Below, one piece after another: positions 27,848-42,704 of a DNA stretch of 64,000 nucleotides. The position numbers and the translations under genes were made by a program. Source of the stretch: Alphaproteobacteria bacterium (GTDB taxonomy: Bacteria > Pseudomonadota > Alphaproteobacteria > Micropepsales > Micropepsaceae); contig JAFBAL010000029.1 in assembly GCA_019247845.1 (NCBI GenBank), forward strand, positions 1,215-65,214. The letters are read 5' to 3'. Under the pieces are notes generated by a model, which saw only the letters and a program-made list of their open reading frames with translations, had not been told where the DNA came from and made no database searches. Every line of letters begins with the position of its first letter. Position 1 is the stretch's first letter.

Positions 27848-29491
27848 ATGAGGCTTGATCGAATTCGGCCGTATCAACGCGGCGGCGCGCTCTATTGCCT
27901 GATCGCGGCCGTCGCGATCGGCGCCTCTGCGCGTGCGGGCCTGTTGCCTGGGCACGACCTCGCGCAGATCGCGCCGCTGTCGGGCCATCTCGTCGTCAAC
28001 GGGTTGTCGCTATGGTTCGCCGCCGGCGCGGTTACCGGACCGGGCCAACGCTCGGCAATGATGCGCGTGGGCGTTTTCCTATCGTCCTATGCGCTGGGGA
28101 TCGTGGGTCTGATCCTGGCCGTCAGTGCCGTCTTCGACCTCACGATGCTCGATGCACCGGCGCTCCTGCTCGTCGTCCCGGGGCTTGCGGGATTGCTGCC
28201 GATTCTTGCGGGCGGGGAAGAGCGCCACGTGGGCGCCGAAGCCCTCGACGAACTGCCGCGCATTCCGTTCGGCCCGCTGCTGGCCGGTTTCGCCGGCTCG
28301 GTCGTGCGGCAAACGATAGTGTGGATCGTGCTGTTCGCTGCGTTCTTCCTGCTGGTCGAATGGTACTTCGTTCTGAAGCACGTCCTTTGGCAGGGCGCGC
28401 GCTACGACTTGTTCTCCGTCGCAAGGAACAATATCGCGGCGGCGCTTGATGCCTGGCCGGTCGTGGTTCCTCTGTTCTTCATCGGGATCGTGACCGCATC
28501 GAGCGGTTGGGGGCCGCTCCTGCGTCCCGCCGTCGAAGGCTTCAAGGAACGGCTCGGATTCGCGAGCCTGACGCCGCACCAACGCGCGATCGTTCAGGCG
28601 CGGCTGTATCGGCTTTGGAGCTACGCCAATGCCCCCGAGCAGGAGGGCGGTTCGATCGCGGCCCTGTTCCTGCCGCTGGTTCCGGCGTTCGCGTTCGTGG
28701 GACTGGCCCTGTGGTTCCTTTGGGAAAGCCAGGCCGTGGCGGAATGGCTGTTTCCGGCTACCGGGCCGCGATCGCCGGGCGCGTGGAGCTTGCTCGTCCG
28801 CAACCACAAAGCCTTGATCTGGCCGACGATGCTGATCGTCCCCGCGGCCTGGAGCCTGTACCGCTTGGGGACCGACCTCTGGCCGCAAGCCTTGAAGCAG
28901 GCGCTTGTCGTGGATCTCCAGAAGGGTCCGGGTTTCGACATGGGCCAAATCCGTGCCTTGCGGCGCGCGATAGCGCGCGACACCAGGCAGAGCCGCGACG
29001 AAAGCGCGTTTGCGCCGCCGGGCTATCTGTTGGAGCAACGCCTTCGCCGCAGCCGGTGGCTCTATGCCGCTTCCATCGTCGCGCTGCTGGTGGCGGTCCT
29101 CGTCACCTGGCGCAGCTTGGCGGGCTATACGCTCATCACCGACGCCGGCTTCGAGGATGTCGGCTTCCTGACGGGCCGGCACTTCTATCGATACGACGAG
29201 GTCGTCTCCGTCCAGCCGACGTGCTTCCTGCTTCGCAACGACGATGTCGGCTATCAGGTCGAGTTCCGAGACGGCCGCTCCGCCGATCTGCTGGAGGAAA
29301 GCGACTTGCCCGGGGCTCTCGCGCCGCTCGTGCGCATCGACGAGCGGCTCCGGCATTCGCGCGCGGCGTTCCGGCCCCTGGCCGACAATCCCCTGGGACT
29401 GGAAAGCGCCCGGGACTGCGCCCGGACCCTGGGGGCCAAATACGGCGACGGACCGGGTTTCGCCCGGATCATGCATGCGCCGGCGAAATGA
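27848..29491 (+). CDS. Hypothetical polytopic membrane protein (547 aa)
   Basis: Long ORF with many hydrophobic segments and a soluble C-terminal domain; no family recognised. Confidence 0.65.
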   Translation: MRLDRIRPYQRGGALYCLIAAVAIGASARAGLLPGHDLAQIAPLSGHLVVNGLSLWFAAGAVTGPGQRSAMMRVGVFLSSYALGIVGLILAVSAVFDLTMLDAPALLLVVPGLAGLLPILAGGEERHVGAEALDELPRIPFGPLLAGFAGSVVRQTIVWIVLFAAFFLLVEWYFVLKHVLWQGARYDLFSVARNNIAAALDAWPVVVPLFFIGIVTASSGWGPLLRPAVEGFKERLGFASLTPHQRAIVQARLYRLWSYANAPEQEGGSIAALFLPLVPAFAFVGLALWFLWESQAVAEWLFPATGPRSPGAWSLLVRNHKALIWPTMLIVPAAWSLYRLGTDLWPQALKQALVVDLQKGPGFDMGQIRALRRAIARDTRQSRDESAFAPPGYLLEQRLRRSRWLYAASIVALLVAVLVTWRSLAGYTLITDAGFEDVGFLTGRHFYRYDEVVSVQPTCFLLRNDDVGYQVEFRDGRSADLLEESDLPGALAPLVRIDERLRHSRAAFRPLADNPLGLESARDCARTLGAKYGDGPGFARIMHAPAK

Positions 29492-29505
29492 ACGGCCGCC
29501 TGAGC

Positions 29506-29533
29506 TTGACCGCCAAGCCTTGGTCAGTATATT
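29506..29533 (+). promoter_or_regulatory. Sigma70 promoter of rplU-rpmA
   Basis: TTGACC (29506-29511), 16 nt, TATATT (29528-29533), about 80 bp upstream of rplU. Confidence 0.65.
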
Positions 29534-29613
29534 GCGCGGCTCCCGTGAACCGGCCGAGGGCGGGAGTCGGTCTCCGACCAGTATTGGCCCAATGAATTCA
29601 AGGACTTAAGACC

Positions 29614-29925
29614 ATGTTCGCGGTCATCCGCACAGGCGGCAAGCAGTACAAAGTCGCCAAGGACGACGTCATTTCGGTCGAGAAGCTGATCGGCGATGCC
29701 GGCGGCACGATCACCTTCGGCGAGGTCCTCCTGCTGGGCGGCGACAGCCCGAAATCCGGCGCGCCGCTCGTCAAGGGCGCCTCGGTCGTGGCCGAGATCG
29801 TCGCCCAGGAGCGCGGCGAGAAGGTCATCGCCTTCAAGAAGAAGCGCCGCAAGAACACGCACCGCAAGCGCGGCCATCGTCAGCACTTCACGAAAGTGAA
29901 GATCACCGAAATCCACGCGGGCTAA
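29614..29925 (+). CDS. rplU: 50S ribosomal protein L21
   Basis: [14 protein letters not shown] and KRGHRQ. Confidence 0.98.
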   Translation: MFAVIRTGGKQYKVAKDDVISVEKLIGDAGGTITFGEVLLLGGDSPKSGAPLVKGASVVAEIVAQERGEKVIAFKKKRRKNTHRKRGHRQHFTKVKITEIHAG

Positions 29926-29937
29926 GGAACTTACGTC

Positions 29938-30219
29938 ATGGCGCACAAGAAAGCAGGCGGCTCGTCGCGCAACGGTCGCGATTCGAACCCCAAGATGCTC
30001 GGCGTGAAGGTGTTCGGCGGCCAGAAGATCGCCGGCGGCAACGTCATCGTCCGTCAGCGCGGCACCAAGTTCCACCCCGGCGACAATGTCGGCATGGGCA
30101 AGGATCACACGCTCTTCGCGCTTTGCGACGGCCAAGTGGCTTTCCGCGAAGGCTACAAGCGCCGCACGTTCGTATCGGTGATTACGAACCCGGAGCTTGC
30201 GGAGAACGCGGCGGAATAG
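29938..30219 (+). CDS. rpmA: 50S ribosomal protein L27
   Basis: [16 protein letters not shown] and [10 protein letters not shown]. Confidence 0.98.
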   Translation: MAHKKAGGSSRNGRDSNPKMLGVKVFGGQKIAGGNVIVRQRGTKFHPGDNVGMGKDHTLFALCDGQVAFREGYKRRTFVSVITNPELAENAAE

Positions 30220-30268
30220 GCGGTCCGAGAAAAGGGGCCGCCGACCTAACGGCGGCCCATTCGAGGTG

Positions 30269-30297
30269 AGGGAGATGGTCCGCCATCTCCCTTTTTT
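30269..30297 (+). terminator. Rho-independent terminator after rpmA
   Basis: AGGGAGATGG-TCCG-CCATCTCCCT stem followed by a T run; a second hairpin GGGCCGCCG-ACCTAA-CGGCGGCCC lies at 30235-30258. Confidence 0.85.
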
Positions 30298-30325
30298 GTT
30301 TCCCTCGCCGATGGAGGGAATTGTC

Positions 30326-32519
<2,194 letters not shown>

Positions 32520-32549
32520 AGTTGCGGCTCAACGAGTGGAGTATCCGAC

Positions 32550-33023
32550 CTGACGACCCGTAAGACGACCGGCACCAAGCGCGCTCCCAAAGCGGCGCCG
32601 AAGCCGAAAGCAGCGCCCCAGGCGAAGGCCAAAGCGGCGCCCAAGACGAAGAAGGCGGCCGCGTCCGCCTCCGCAGGTGCCGCGGACCCCACGCTGCTCA
32701 ACCGCATCCTGAAATCGCTCGACGACGACAAGGCCGAGGACATCGTGACGCTGGACCTTTCCGGCCGCGCCGCGTTCTGCGACGCGATCGTGATCGCGAC
32801 CGGGCGGTCGTCGCGCCACGTCGCCTCCATGGCCGAGCATCTGGCGCGGCGCCTGAAGGAGGCCGGCTACGGCACGCGGCCCGTCGACGGCGCGCGCCAG
32901 GGCGACTGGGTTCTGGTCGATGCCGGCGACGTCGTGGTGCACATCTTCCGGCCCGAGGTGCGCGCCTATTACGACCTCGAAGGCATGTGGTCGGTCGACG
33001 AGCCGTCGCGCGTCCGCGCTTGA
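32550..33023 (+). CDS. rsfS: Ribosome silencing factor RsfS with Lys/Ala/Pro-rich N-terminal extension; probable CTG start
   Basis: LDDDKAEDI, VIATGRSSRHV, WVLVDAGDVVVHIFRPEVRAYYDLEGMW. The frame is open back to CTG 32550, which follows GGAG (32538-32541). Confidence 0.9.
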   Translation: MTTRKTTGTKRAPKAAPKPKAAPQAKAKAAPKTKKAAASASAGAADPTLLNRILKSLDDDKAEDIVTLDLSGRAAFCDAIVIATGRSSRHVASMAEHLARRLKEAGYGTRPVDGARQGDWVLVDAGDVVVHIFRPEVRAYYDLEGMWSVDEPSRVRA

Positions 33024-33039
33024 GAAGCGAGCGCTTGCC

Positions 33040-33522
33040 GTGCGGCTTCTCATCCTCTGCATCGGCCAGGCGCGCGGGACATCGGAAGGCGCGCTGACCG
33101 AGGAATATGTCGAGCGCGCCGTCCATATGGGCCGCAGGCTCGGCATCATGGACGTGACGGTCGAAGAAGTCGGCGTCTCCAAGGTCCGCGAAACCAAGAA
33201 GCGCATGCAGGACGAGGCCGAGCGGCTGGCGGCGCGGGTGCCTGCGGGCGCACAGGTCGTCCTGCTCGACGCCAAAGGCAAGGGCATGACGTCCGAGGAC
33301 TTCGCCGAGATGATCGGCGCGCTGCGCGATGCCGGCACCAAGCACCTGGTCTTCGTCATCGGCGGCCCCGACGGTCTGGGGAGCCTGCCCAAGATCCGCG
33401 CCGGCCGCAGCCTCGCTTTCGGGCCGCAGATCTGGCCGCATCTTCTGGTGCGCGCGATGCTGGCCGAGCAGGTCTATCGCGCGCTGACGATCCTGGGCGG
33501 ACATCCCTATCACAGGGCGTAG
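33040..33522 (+). CDS. rlmH: 23S rRNA pseudouridine-1915 N3-methyltransferase
   Basis: GTG start; LLDAKGK, FVIGGPDG, WPHLLVRAMLAEQVYRA..IL.GHPYHR. Confidence 0.95.
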   Translation: MRLLILCIGQARGTSEGALTEEYVERAVHMGRRLGIMDVTVEEVGVSKVRETKKRMQDEAERLAARVPAGAQVVLLDAKGKGMTSEDFAEMIGALRDAGTKHLVFVIGGPDGLGSLPKIRAGRSLAFGPQIWPHLLVRAMLAEQVYRALTILGGHPYHRA

Positions 33523-33538
33523 GCCGACGCTCCGCTGC

Positions 33539-33554
33539 GTAACCGCTTCTTAAC
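33539..33554 (+). promoter_or_regulatory. CtrA-type box upstream of fliX (1 mismatch)
   Basis: GTAA-CCGCTTC-TTAAC versus consensus TTAA-N7-TTAAC, ending 41 bp upstream of the fliX ATG. Confidence 0.65.
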
Positions 33555-33595
33555 CACGACGTGCGAATGTCGTGTGTCGCAATGGGACGAAACCC

Positions 33596-34024
33596 ATGGA
33601 GATCAGGAGCCCCGGCAGAGTCGAAGCCGCTTCCAGCCGCCGCGTATCCAAAGGCACGACGGGCGGCGAACAGACGTTCAGCGTCTCGGGCGCATCCGAC
33701 CCCCGCCCGCAGGCCGTGGCCGCGCCCGGCCCGCTGACCGCGCTCGACTCGATCCTCACGCTGCAGGGCATGGATGACTCGCTCAGCGGCCGCTCGAAAG
33801 GCCTGGCGCATGGCGAGCACCTGCTCGACATGCTCGATCAGGTGCGCGACGGACTGCTCGCGGGCGGCATCCCGCGCTCGACGCTCAACCGCCTCGCGGT
33901 CGCCGTCGGCCGCCGCCACGAGAGCTTCGCCGATCCCAAGCTGCAAAGCGTGCTCGACGAGATCGAGCTGCGCGCGCATGTCGAGTTGGCGAAGCTCGAG
34001 ATGATGGACAAGCGGGTCGCTTGA
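33596..34024 (+). CDS. fliX: Flagellar assembly regulator FliX
   Basis: LDSILTLQ, G..LLDMLD..R.GLL.G, DPKLQSVLDEIELRAHVELAKL. Confidence 0.88.
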   Translation: MEIRSPGRVEAASSRRVSKGTTGGEQTFSVSGASDPRPQAVAAPGPLTALDSILTLQGMDDSLSGRSKGLAHGEHLLDMLDQVRDGLLAGGIPRSTLNRLAVAVGRRHESFADPKLQSVLDEIELRAHVELAKLEMMDKRVA

Positions 34025-34027
34025 TCC

Positions 34028-35313
<1,286 letters not shown>

Positions 35314-35317
<4 letters not shown>

Positions 35318-38241
35318 AGCGTCAGGGCCTCATCCAGGAAGGCTTTGAGTTCGGACGTGTGCTGGCTCGCGAGCCCCGCCGCGGTGGACGCATACTCCGG
35401 CCGTCCAACATAGCGCGGCTTGGCGCTGCCGCCGAGATGGGCGACGGTCTCTTCGATGCGCGGCGCGATGAAGGTCCAGGCGCCTTGGTTCCTGGGCTCT
35501 TCCTGGCACCACACCAGATCGGCCTTGGGGAAGCGGTTCAGCTCGGCGCGGAGCACGGCCTCGGGGAAGGGATAGAGCTGCTCGATGCGCAGGATCTGGA
35601 TGCGGTTCTCGCCCCGCTTCTCGCGCTCTTCCATCAGGTCGAAATAGACCTTTCCGGTGCACAGGATCACGCGCTTGATCTCGCCGTCCTCGGCGAGCTT
35701 GACGGTGGTGGCGCCGGGCACGACCTCGGCCTGGTCGCGGAACACGCGATGGAACGAGCTGCCCGGCAGCATGTCGGAGAGGAACGAGACGCAGCGCTTG
35801 TGGCGCAGAAGCGACTTCGGCGTCATCAGCACCAGCGGCTTGCGGAACGGCCGGTGGATCTGGCGGCGCAACACGTGGAAATAGTTCGCCGGCGTCGTCG
35901 GATAGCAGACCTGGATGTTGTCCTGGGCGCAGAGCTGGAGATAGCGCTCGAGCCTTGCAGAGGAATGCTCCGGTCCCTGGCCCTCGTAGCCGTGCGGCAG
36001 GAGCATGACGAGGCCGCACATGCGCAGCCATTTCATCTCGCCCGAGGCGATGAACTGGTCGATCACGACCTGCGCGCCGTTGGCGAAGTCGCCGAACTGC
36101 GCTTCCCACAGCACCAGCGCCTTGGGCTCTGCGCTCGAATAGCCGTATTCGAAGCCCAGCACCGCTTCTTCCGACAGCAGCGTGTCGATGACCTCGAACT
36201 CGGCTTGCGGACCGCCCAGATGGTTCAGCGGCAAATAGCGCTCTTCCGTCTGCTGGTCGACGAAGGTCGAGTGGCGCTGCGAGAAGGTGCCGCGCGACGA
36301 ATCCTGGCCCGACAGACGCACCGGCACGCCTTCCTTCAGCAGGGTGCCGAAGGCCAGCGCCTCGCAGGTCGCCCAGTCGAAGCCTTCGCCGCTCTCGAAC
36401 ATGGCGCGCTTGGCGTCGAGCTGGCGCGCGATGGTGCGGTGGATGTTGAATCCTTCCGGCACGGTCGTCAGCGCCTCGCCGACGCTCTTGAGCATCTCGA
36501 TCGGCAGCGCGGTCTCGCCGCGGCGGTCGCCCGCGGGCGCCACCGCAAGGCCGGTCCAGCGGCCGTCGAGCCAATCGGCGCGGTTGGGCAGGTGCGATTT
36601 GGAGGCGTCGAACTCCTCGTCCAGCCGCGCATTGAACGCGCCGACCATCGCCTTGACGTCGGTCTCGCCCAGCGTGCCGTCGTCGACCAGCTTGTCGGAA
36701 TAGAGCGCGAGCGTGGAAGGATGATCCTTGATCGCGCGGTACATCAACGGCTGTGTGAACGACGGCTCGTCGGTCTCGTTATGGCCGAAGCGGCGATAAC
36801 AGAACATGTCGATGACGACGTCCTTGTGAAACAGCTGGCGGAACTCGGTGGCGATGCGCGCGACGTGCACCACGGCCTCCGGATCGTCGCCGTTCACGTG
36901 GAAGATGGGCGCCTGCACCATCAACGCCACGTCGGACGGATAGGGCGAGGAGCGCGAATAGATCGGCGCGGTGGTGAAGCCGATCTGGTTGTTGACGATG
37001 AAATGGATCGTGCCGCCGGTCTTGAAGCCCTTGGTGCCCGACATCGCGAAGCACTCGGCCACCACGCCTTGCCCTGCGAATGCCGCATCGCCGTGGATGA
37101 GCAGCGGCAGCACGCTGCCGCGGTTGTCGCAATCCTGGAGCTGCGATTGCTTGGCGCGCGCCTTGCCGAGCACGACGGGATCGGCGGCCTCCAGATGCGA
37201 CGGGTTCGGCGTCAGAGAGAGGTGTACCTTCACGCCGTCGAACTCGCGGTCCGACGAGGCGCCCAGGTGATACTTCACGTCTCCCGAGCCCTGCACCTCG
37301 CTGGGCTTGGCGCTGCCGCCCTGGAACTCGTGGAACAGCTGGCGATAGGGCTTGGACATGACGTTCGCGAGCACGTTCAGGCGCCCGCGATGGCTCATGC
37401 CGAGCACGATCTCCTTCACGCCCAGGCTGCCGCCGCGCTTGATGATCTGCTCGAGCGCGGGAATCATGGATTCGCCGCCGTCGAGCCCGAAGCGCTTGGT
37501 GCCCAGGAATCGAAGGCCGCAGAACTTCTCGAAGCCCTCGGCCTCGATCAGCTTGTTCAGGATGGCGCGCTTGCCTTCCTGCGTGAACGCGATCTCCTTG
37601 TCCGGCCCCTCGATGCGGCGCTGCAGCCAGTCCTTCTGCTCGGGATCGTTGATGTGCATGAACTCGTAGCCGATGCGCCCGCAATAGGTGCGCTTGAGGA
37701 TCTCCACGATCCGGCGCGGCGTGGCGCTCTCGAGTCCCAGCACGCCGCCGACATAGACCGGGCGGTCCATGTCCTCGGGATGGAAACCGTAGAAGGCGGG
37801 ATCGAGCTGGGGATGCGGCGCCTTGGGCGCGAGCTTCAACGGGTCGAGGTTGGATTCGAGATGGCCGATGACGCGATAGGCGCGCACCATCTGGATCGCG
37901 CGGATGGATTCCTGCGCCGCGGCGCGCACGTCCTTCTCGTTGACGCCGGCCTTGGCGGGCCATTGTCCGGTGAGCGCGCCGACCAGGTCGCCGCTGGCGA
38001 GCTCGGGCCGCGCATCGCGTGCCCAGGCGGGGCCGCGGCCGAGCTGGGTGGGCTTCAGCCGCTGCTCGGCGAGCCCCGCGAAATAGGCCGCCCAGGACGG
38101 GTCAACGGCGTCGGGATTTTCCTGGTATTGGGCATAGAGGGATTCGATGAAGGCGGCGTTGGCGCCTTGCAGGAACGACGTCGCCTCCAGGATGTCATTG
38201 GTCGAGCGGTTCAGCCGGGAAGCGGGATTTTGCGTATTCAT
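35314..38241 (-). CDS. sucA: 2-oxoglutarate dehydrogenase E1
   Basis: [50 protein letters not shown]. Confidence 0.98.
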
Positions 38242-38381
38242 TTCAAATACTTAAGGACGGACTTCTTGGGCCCGGCCGGTCCTGGGGCGGCACGCGTGAA
38301 GGGGATGGCGTGGTACCGCCGAATGCTCGTCAATACAACGCTTTCCAGCGTTAATATGGGCTCAATGGGACATTTTTACGA

Positions 38382-39464
38382 ATGAAGCGGCTGCACGGGC
38401 TGGACGCGCTTCGGGGCCTGGCGGCGCTCATCGTCGTCGTCTGGCACTGGCAGCATTTCTTCGCGGTCGACGGCGACTTTCCCGACCATTGGTCGCGCGC
38501 GGACCAGCCGTTCTATCTCTTGTTGAAGCCGTTCTATGTCCAGGGCTGGGCCGCGGTCGACCTGTTCTTCGTGCTGTCGGGCTTCGTGTTCTTCTGGCTC
38601 TACGGCGAAGCGGTACGCGAGCGCCGCATCGCGGGCTTCGAGTTCGCGCGGCTGCGCTTCTCGCGGCTCTATCCGCTGCATTTCGCGCTGCTGCTCGTCG
38701 TGGCCGGATTGCAGTTCCTGTTCTGGCGCATGACGGGAAGCTTCTTCGTCTACCAGGACAACGATTGGCCGCATTTCGTGGCGCATCTGTTCATGGTCGA
38801 GAACTGGTGGCCGCGCTCGCCGCAGAGCTTCGACGGCCCAGCCTGGTCCGTGTCGATCGAGGTGATGCTCTATTGCCTGTTCTTCGCCGCATCCAGGTTG
38901 GGAATGCGCCGCGGATGGCAGATGGCGCTGGTCGCAGCCGGCGGAGCCGCGCTGCTCTTCGTCGACGAGCATATCGGGCGCGGCATCATCGGGTTTTTCA
39001 TGGGCGGCGTCGCCTTCACGCTGTGGAAGCGCTGGCGCGACGGCAGCCTGGTGCTGTCGCGCTGGCTGATGGCGGCGACCATCGCCGGGTGGATCGTATT
39101 GCTCGCGCTGCTCTATGCCGACAGCCCGCTGCTCGCGAACGGCGAGGGCAATTCCGGCTTCCTCGTGGTGTTCGACGTTCTGCTCTGCCCGCTCACGGTG
39201 CTTGCCGTGGCGCTGCGCGAAAGCGCGCGCGGGCCGTCGAAGCTGCCGCTCGAATACCTGGGCGACATCTCCTATGCGACCTATCTGATCCATTTCCCGC
39301 TGCAGCTCGCGCTCGCGCTCCTGGCGCAGCGGCTCGACCTGGAGTGGAGCTTCTTCATGCAGGCCTGGGCGATGCCGGCCTTCTACATCGTGCTGATCGC
39401 TCTCGGCACGCTGTCCTACCGCTTCTTCGAGCGGCCGATGCAGCGCCGGCTGCGCGGGCGCTAA
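38382..39464 (+). CDS. Acyltransferase family 3 (O-acyltransferase)
   Basis: GLDALRGLAA, AVDLFFVLSGF, RFSRLYPLH, WSVSIE, LGDISY..YLIHFP, FERP. Confidence 0.92.
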   Translation: MKRLHGLDALRGLAALIVVVWHWQHFFAVDGDFPDHWSRADQPFYLLLKPFYVQGWAAVDLFFVLSGFVFFWLYGEAVRERRIAGFEFARLRFSRLYPLHFALLLVVAGLQFLFWRMTGSFFVYQDNDWPHFVAHLFMVENWWPRSPQSFDGPAWSVSIEVMLYCLFFAASRLGMRRGWQMALVAAGGAALLFVDEHIGRGIIGFFMGGVAFTLWKRWRDGSLVLSRWLMAATIAGWIVLLALLYADSPLLANGEGNSGFLVVFDVLLCPLTVLAVALRESARGPSKLPLEYLGDISYATYLIHFPLQLALALLAQRLDLEWSFFMQAWAMPAFYIVLIALGTLSYRFFERPMQRRLRGR

Positions 39465-39506
39465 TTCCATTCAAGACCGCGCGGCCCCGTCGCGGCAGGA
39501 TGAGGC

Positions 39507-41445
39507 ATGTTCGATCGGCGTTCCTTCCTGGCCGGCGCAAGCGCGACAGCGTTGTGCGGGCCCGCGCTTGGCCAGCCCCCGTTGGGGGTGCCTGCGCCCG
39601 GGCGGCGGTACGCGTTCGATGCGGCGGCGTTCCCGCGTTACGACCTCGACGTCGCCATCGACCGCGCCGCGCAGACGCTGGCCGCCGAGGCCGCGATCAC
39701 GGTGCCGCGTCCCCTGGTTCGGGACGGCATGATCGTCTTCGCGCTCGCCGAGGACGCGAAGGACCTCGTGGTGAAGGTCGACGGCGCGGCCGCGCCGCCC
39801 ACGCCGGTGAAAGACCCGAACACGCCTGCCGCGCTGCGCCGCTGGCAGGTCGCCGCGGCCGCGGGCGAGGGCGCCGTCCGCGTCGAGATCTCGTATCGCC
39901 TGGTCGCAGCCATCGGCCCGGTCTTCGCGATCAAGCCCGACGGCGCCGTCGCCTCGGGCACCGCTTTCGCCTGGTATCCGCAGATCGAGCGCGCCGACCA
40001 TGTCCGGCTCGAAGGCACCGGCCGAGTGCGCATCGTCTCCGGCGCCGACGTCGTCGTCGCGGGCGGCGTTGCAGGTCCGGACGGGGCGGTCACGGTCGAC
40101 GAGCCGCGCTATTTCGAGTTCGCCGCCGCGCCCTATCGCATCGTCGACAGCCGCAAAGGCCGCGCGCGGCTCTATCTGCTGCGCGATCATCCGAATACGG
40201 CAGTTTTCGCCGAACGCCTCGACCGGCTGATCGCCGTGCTGGAGCGCCATTTCGGCCCGCTGCCCTCGGCGCGCTTCGACCTCGCCGAGGCGCCGCCCCT
40301 GGCCGCGCGCCAAGGCGGCTTCGACGGCGCCTCGCTCGACGGCTTCATGCTCGCGGTCGGCTTCTATTTCGACCAGCCGTTCAACACCGCATTCTTCGGT
40401 CACGAAATATCGCATCAGTGGTGGGGCGGGCTGGTGCGGCGCGTGGGGCTCGACGGCGTCTACATGTTGGACGAATGCCTGGCGCAATACGGCTCCATGC
40501 TGGCGGTCGAGGATATCGACGGCGAGCACGCGGCTGAGATCTATCGCCGCCGCGGCTTCCCCGGCTACTACGCCGAATATGGCGGGTTCATGTACCTGGC
40601 CCGCACGCTCCAGGGCATCGACGCGCCGATGACCGCGTTGCCGGCGTCCGACGGCTTCATCTGCCGTCGCGTGGTGAACGCCAAGGGCATGCTGGTGTGG
40701 CGCATGCTGGGCGACATGATCGGCCGCGAGCGGCTGTCCACCTTCCTGCGAGGCTTCGTGCGCCGGCACGCTTACAGGCGCGCCAGCCTCGCCGATCTGG
40801 TGACGGAGCTGCGCGCGCTGTTGGGCGGCGACGCATGGTTCGTCGACGACTGGTTCGACAAGGCGGGCGCGGTCGACCTGTCGCTGGAATGGAAGCAGAC
40901 GGGCCGCATGCTGTCGCTGACCGTCCGTCAGACGGCGATGCCCAAGCGGGTGCGCGTGCCGGTCGACATCCGCATGCGCGGCCGCCGCCCCCTGACCAAG
41001 ACGATCTTCATCGACGGTCCGGCGACCACGGTGGCGATGGCGGTCGCCGGGCATGTCTCCGACGTGGCGCTGGATCCGCAATACCGCGTGCTGCGCTGGA
41101 CGCCCGAATTCCACGCCCAAGCCGAGGCGATCGCGCCTTACGTCAAAGGCGATATCGCGCTGAACTACGGCAAGACGGCTGCGGCCCGCGCGATATTCGA
41201 GGCGGCGCTGCCTTCCGCCGGCGGCGAGCTTCAGGCGCTTCTCGAGCGCGGGCTCGGCGACGCGGATGCGAACGACGCCAGGAATGGGGATGCGGCCATC
41301 CATTACGGCAAGGCCTTGGCGCTCGCGCCCGACCACTGGCAGGTCCCGGAAGTGTGGCGGGCGCTGGCCGATGCCTATCGCGCGCTGGATGACGAAACGA
41401 AGGCCCTTGCGGCCAACGAAAGCGGCGCGCGCGCCATTGCCCGGC

Positions 41446-41459
<14 letters not shown>
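39507..41459 (+). CDS. Tat-exported M1-like (gluzincin) metallopeptidase with C-terminal TPR-like helices
   Basis: MFDRRSFL twin-arginine signal; HEISHQWWG with downstream LDE; KGMLVWRML; [10 protein letters not shown]. Confidence 0.8.
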
Positions 41460-42324
<865 letters not shown>

Positions 42325-42333
42325 GGTGGCTCT

Positions 42334-42696
42334 CTATGGATGGATCTTGGGCGCTTTCCTGGTCTCGTCGACCAGGGCACGGACGGCGTCGCCGGTGAGC
42401 TTGGAAAGCTCGGCATAGGCCGCGTCGGTATATTTGCGGTCTCCCTTGCCGCGGCCGGTCATGTCGTAGCCGTCGCCGGTATAGGTGAGATCGAATTCAA
42501 AGGGCGCCGCGGGGCTTCCGTCCTTGGCGACGAAGACCAGGCTCTTGCCGTCGCTGCAGCTCGCCACGAGCCACGGCGTGCCGCCATAGGTCTTGGTCAC
42601 CGGACCGGTGGCGCAGCTTTCCGGCGCCTGCGGGTCGAGCGCGAGCGCGGGCGCCGCCGCCGTCAGAAGCAAGAGTGCCGTAAGCCTGCCGATCAT
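42334..42696 (-). CDS. Exported hypothetical protein with one Cys pair
   Basis: Signal peptide [19 protein letters not shown]; C-x17-C ([20 protein letters not shown] region). Confidence 0.75.
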   Translation of the reverse strand: MIGRLTALLLLTAAAPALALDPQAPESCATGPVTKTYGGTPWLVASCSDGKSLVFVAKDGSPAAPFEFDLTYTGDGYDMTGRGKGDRKYTDAAYAELSKLTGDAVRALVDETRKAPKIHP

Positions 42697-42704
42697 CCCG
42701 TCCT

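Noticed and set aside
29534-29613. Hairpins in the rplU leader (CTCCCG..CGGGAG; GTCGG-TCT-CCGAC)
   Set aside because: Short GC-rich stems are expected by chance; no recognisable ribosomal-protein leader consensus.
38351-38365. TTAA-N7-TCAA between sucA and the acyltransferase (also TTAA-N7-TTAG at 45920-45934)
   Set aside because: One-mismatch CtrA-like sites without supporting gene context; the second includes a stop codon. Could be chance in AT-richer spacers.
35359-38385. 1008-aa plus-strand ORF opposite sucA
   Set aside because: Fully overlaps an unambiguous sucA; typical antisense open frame.
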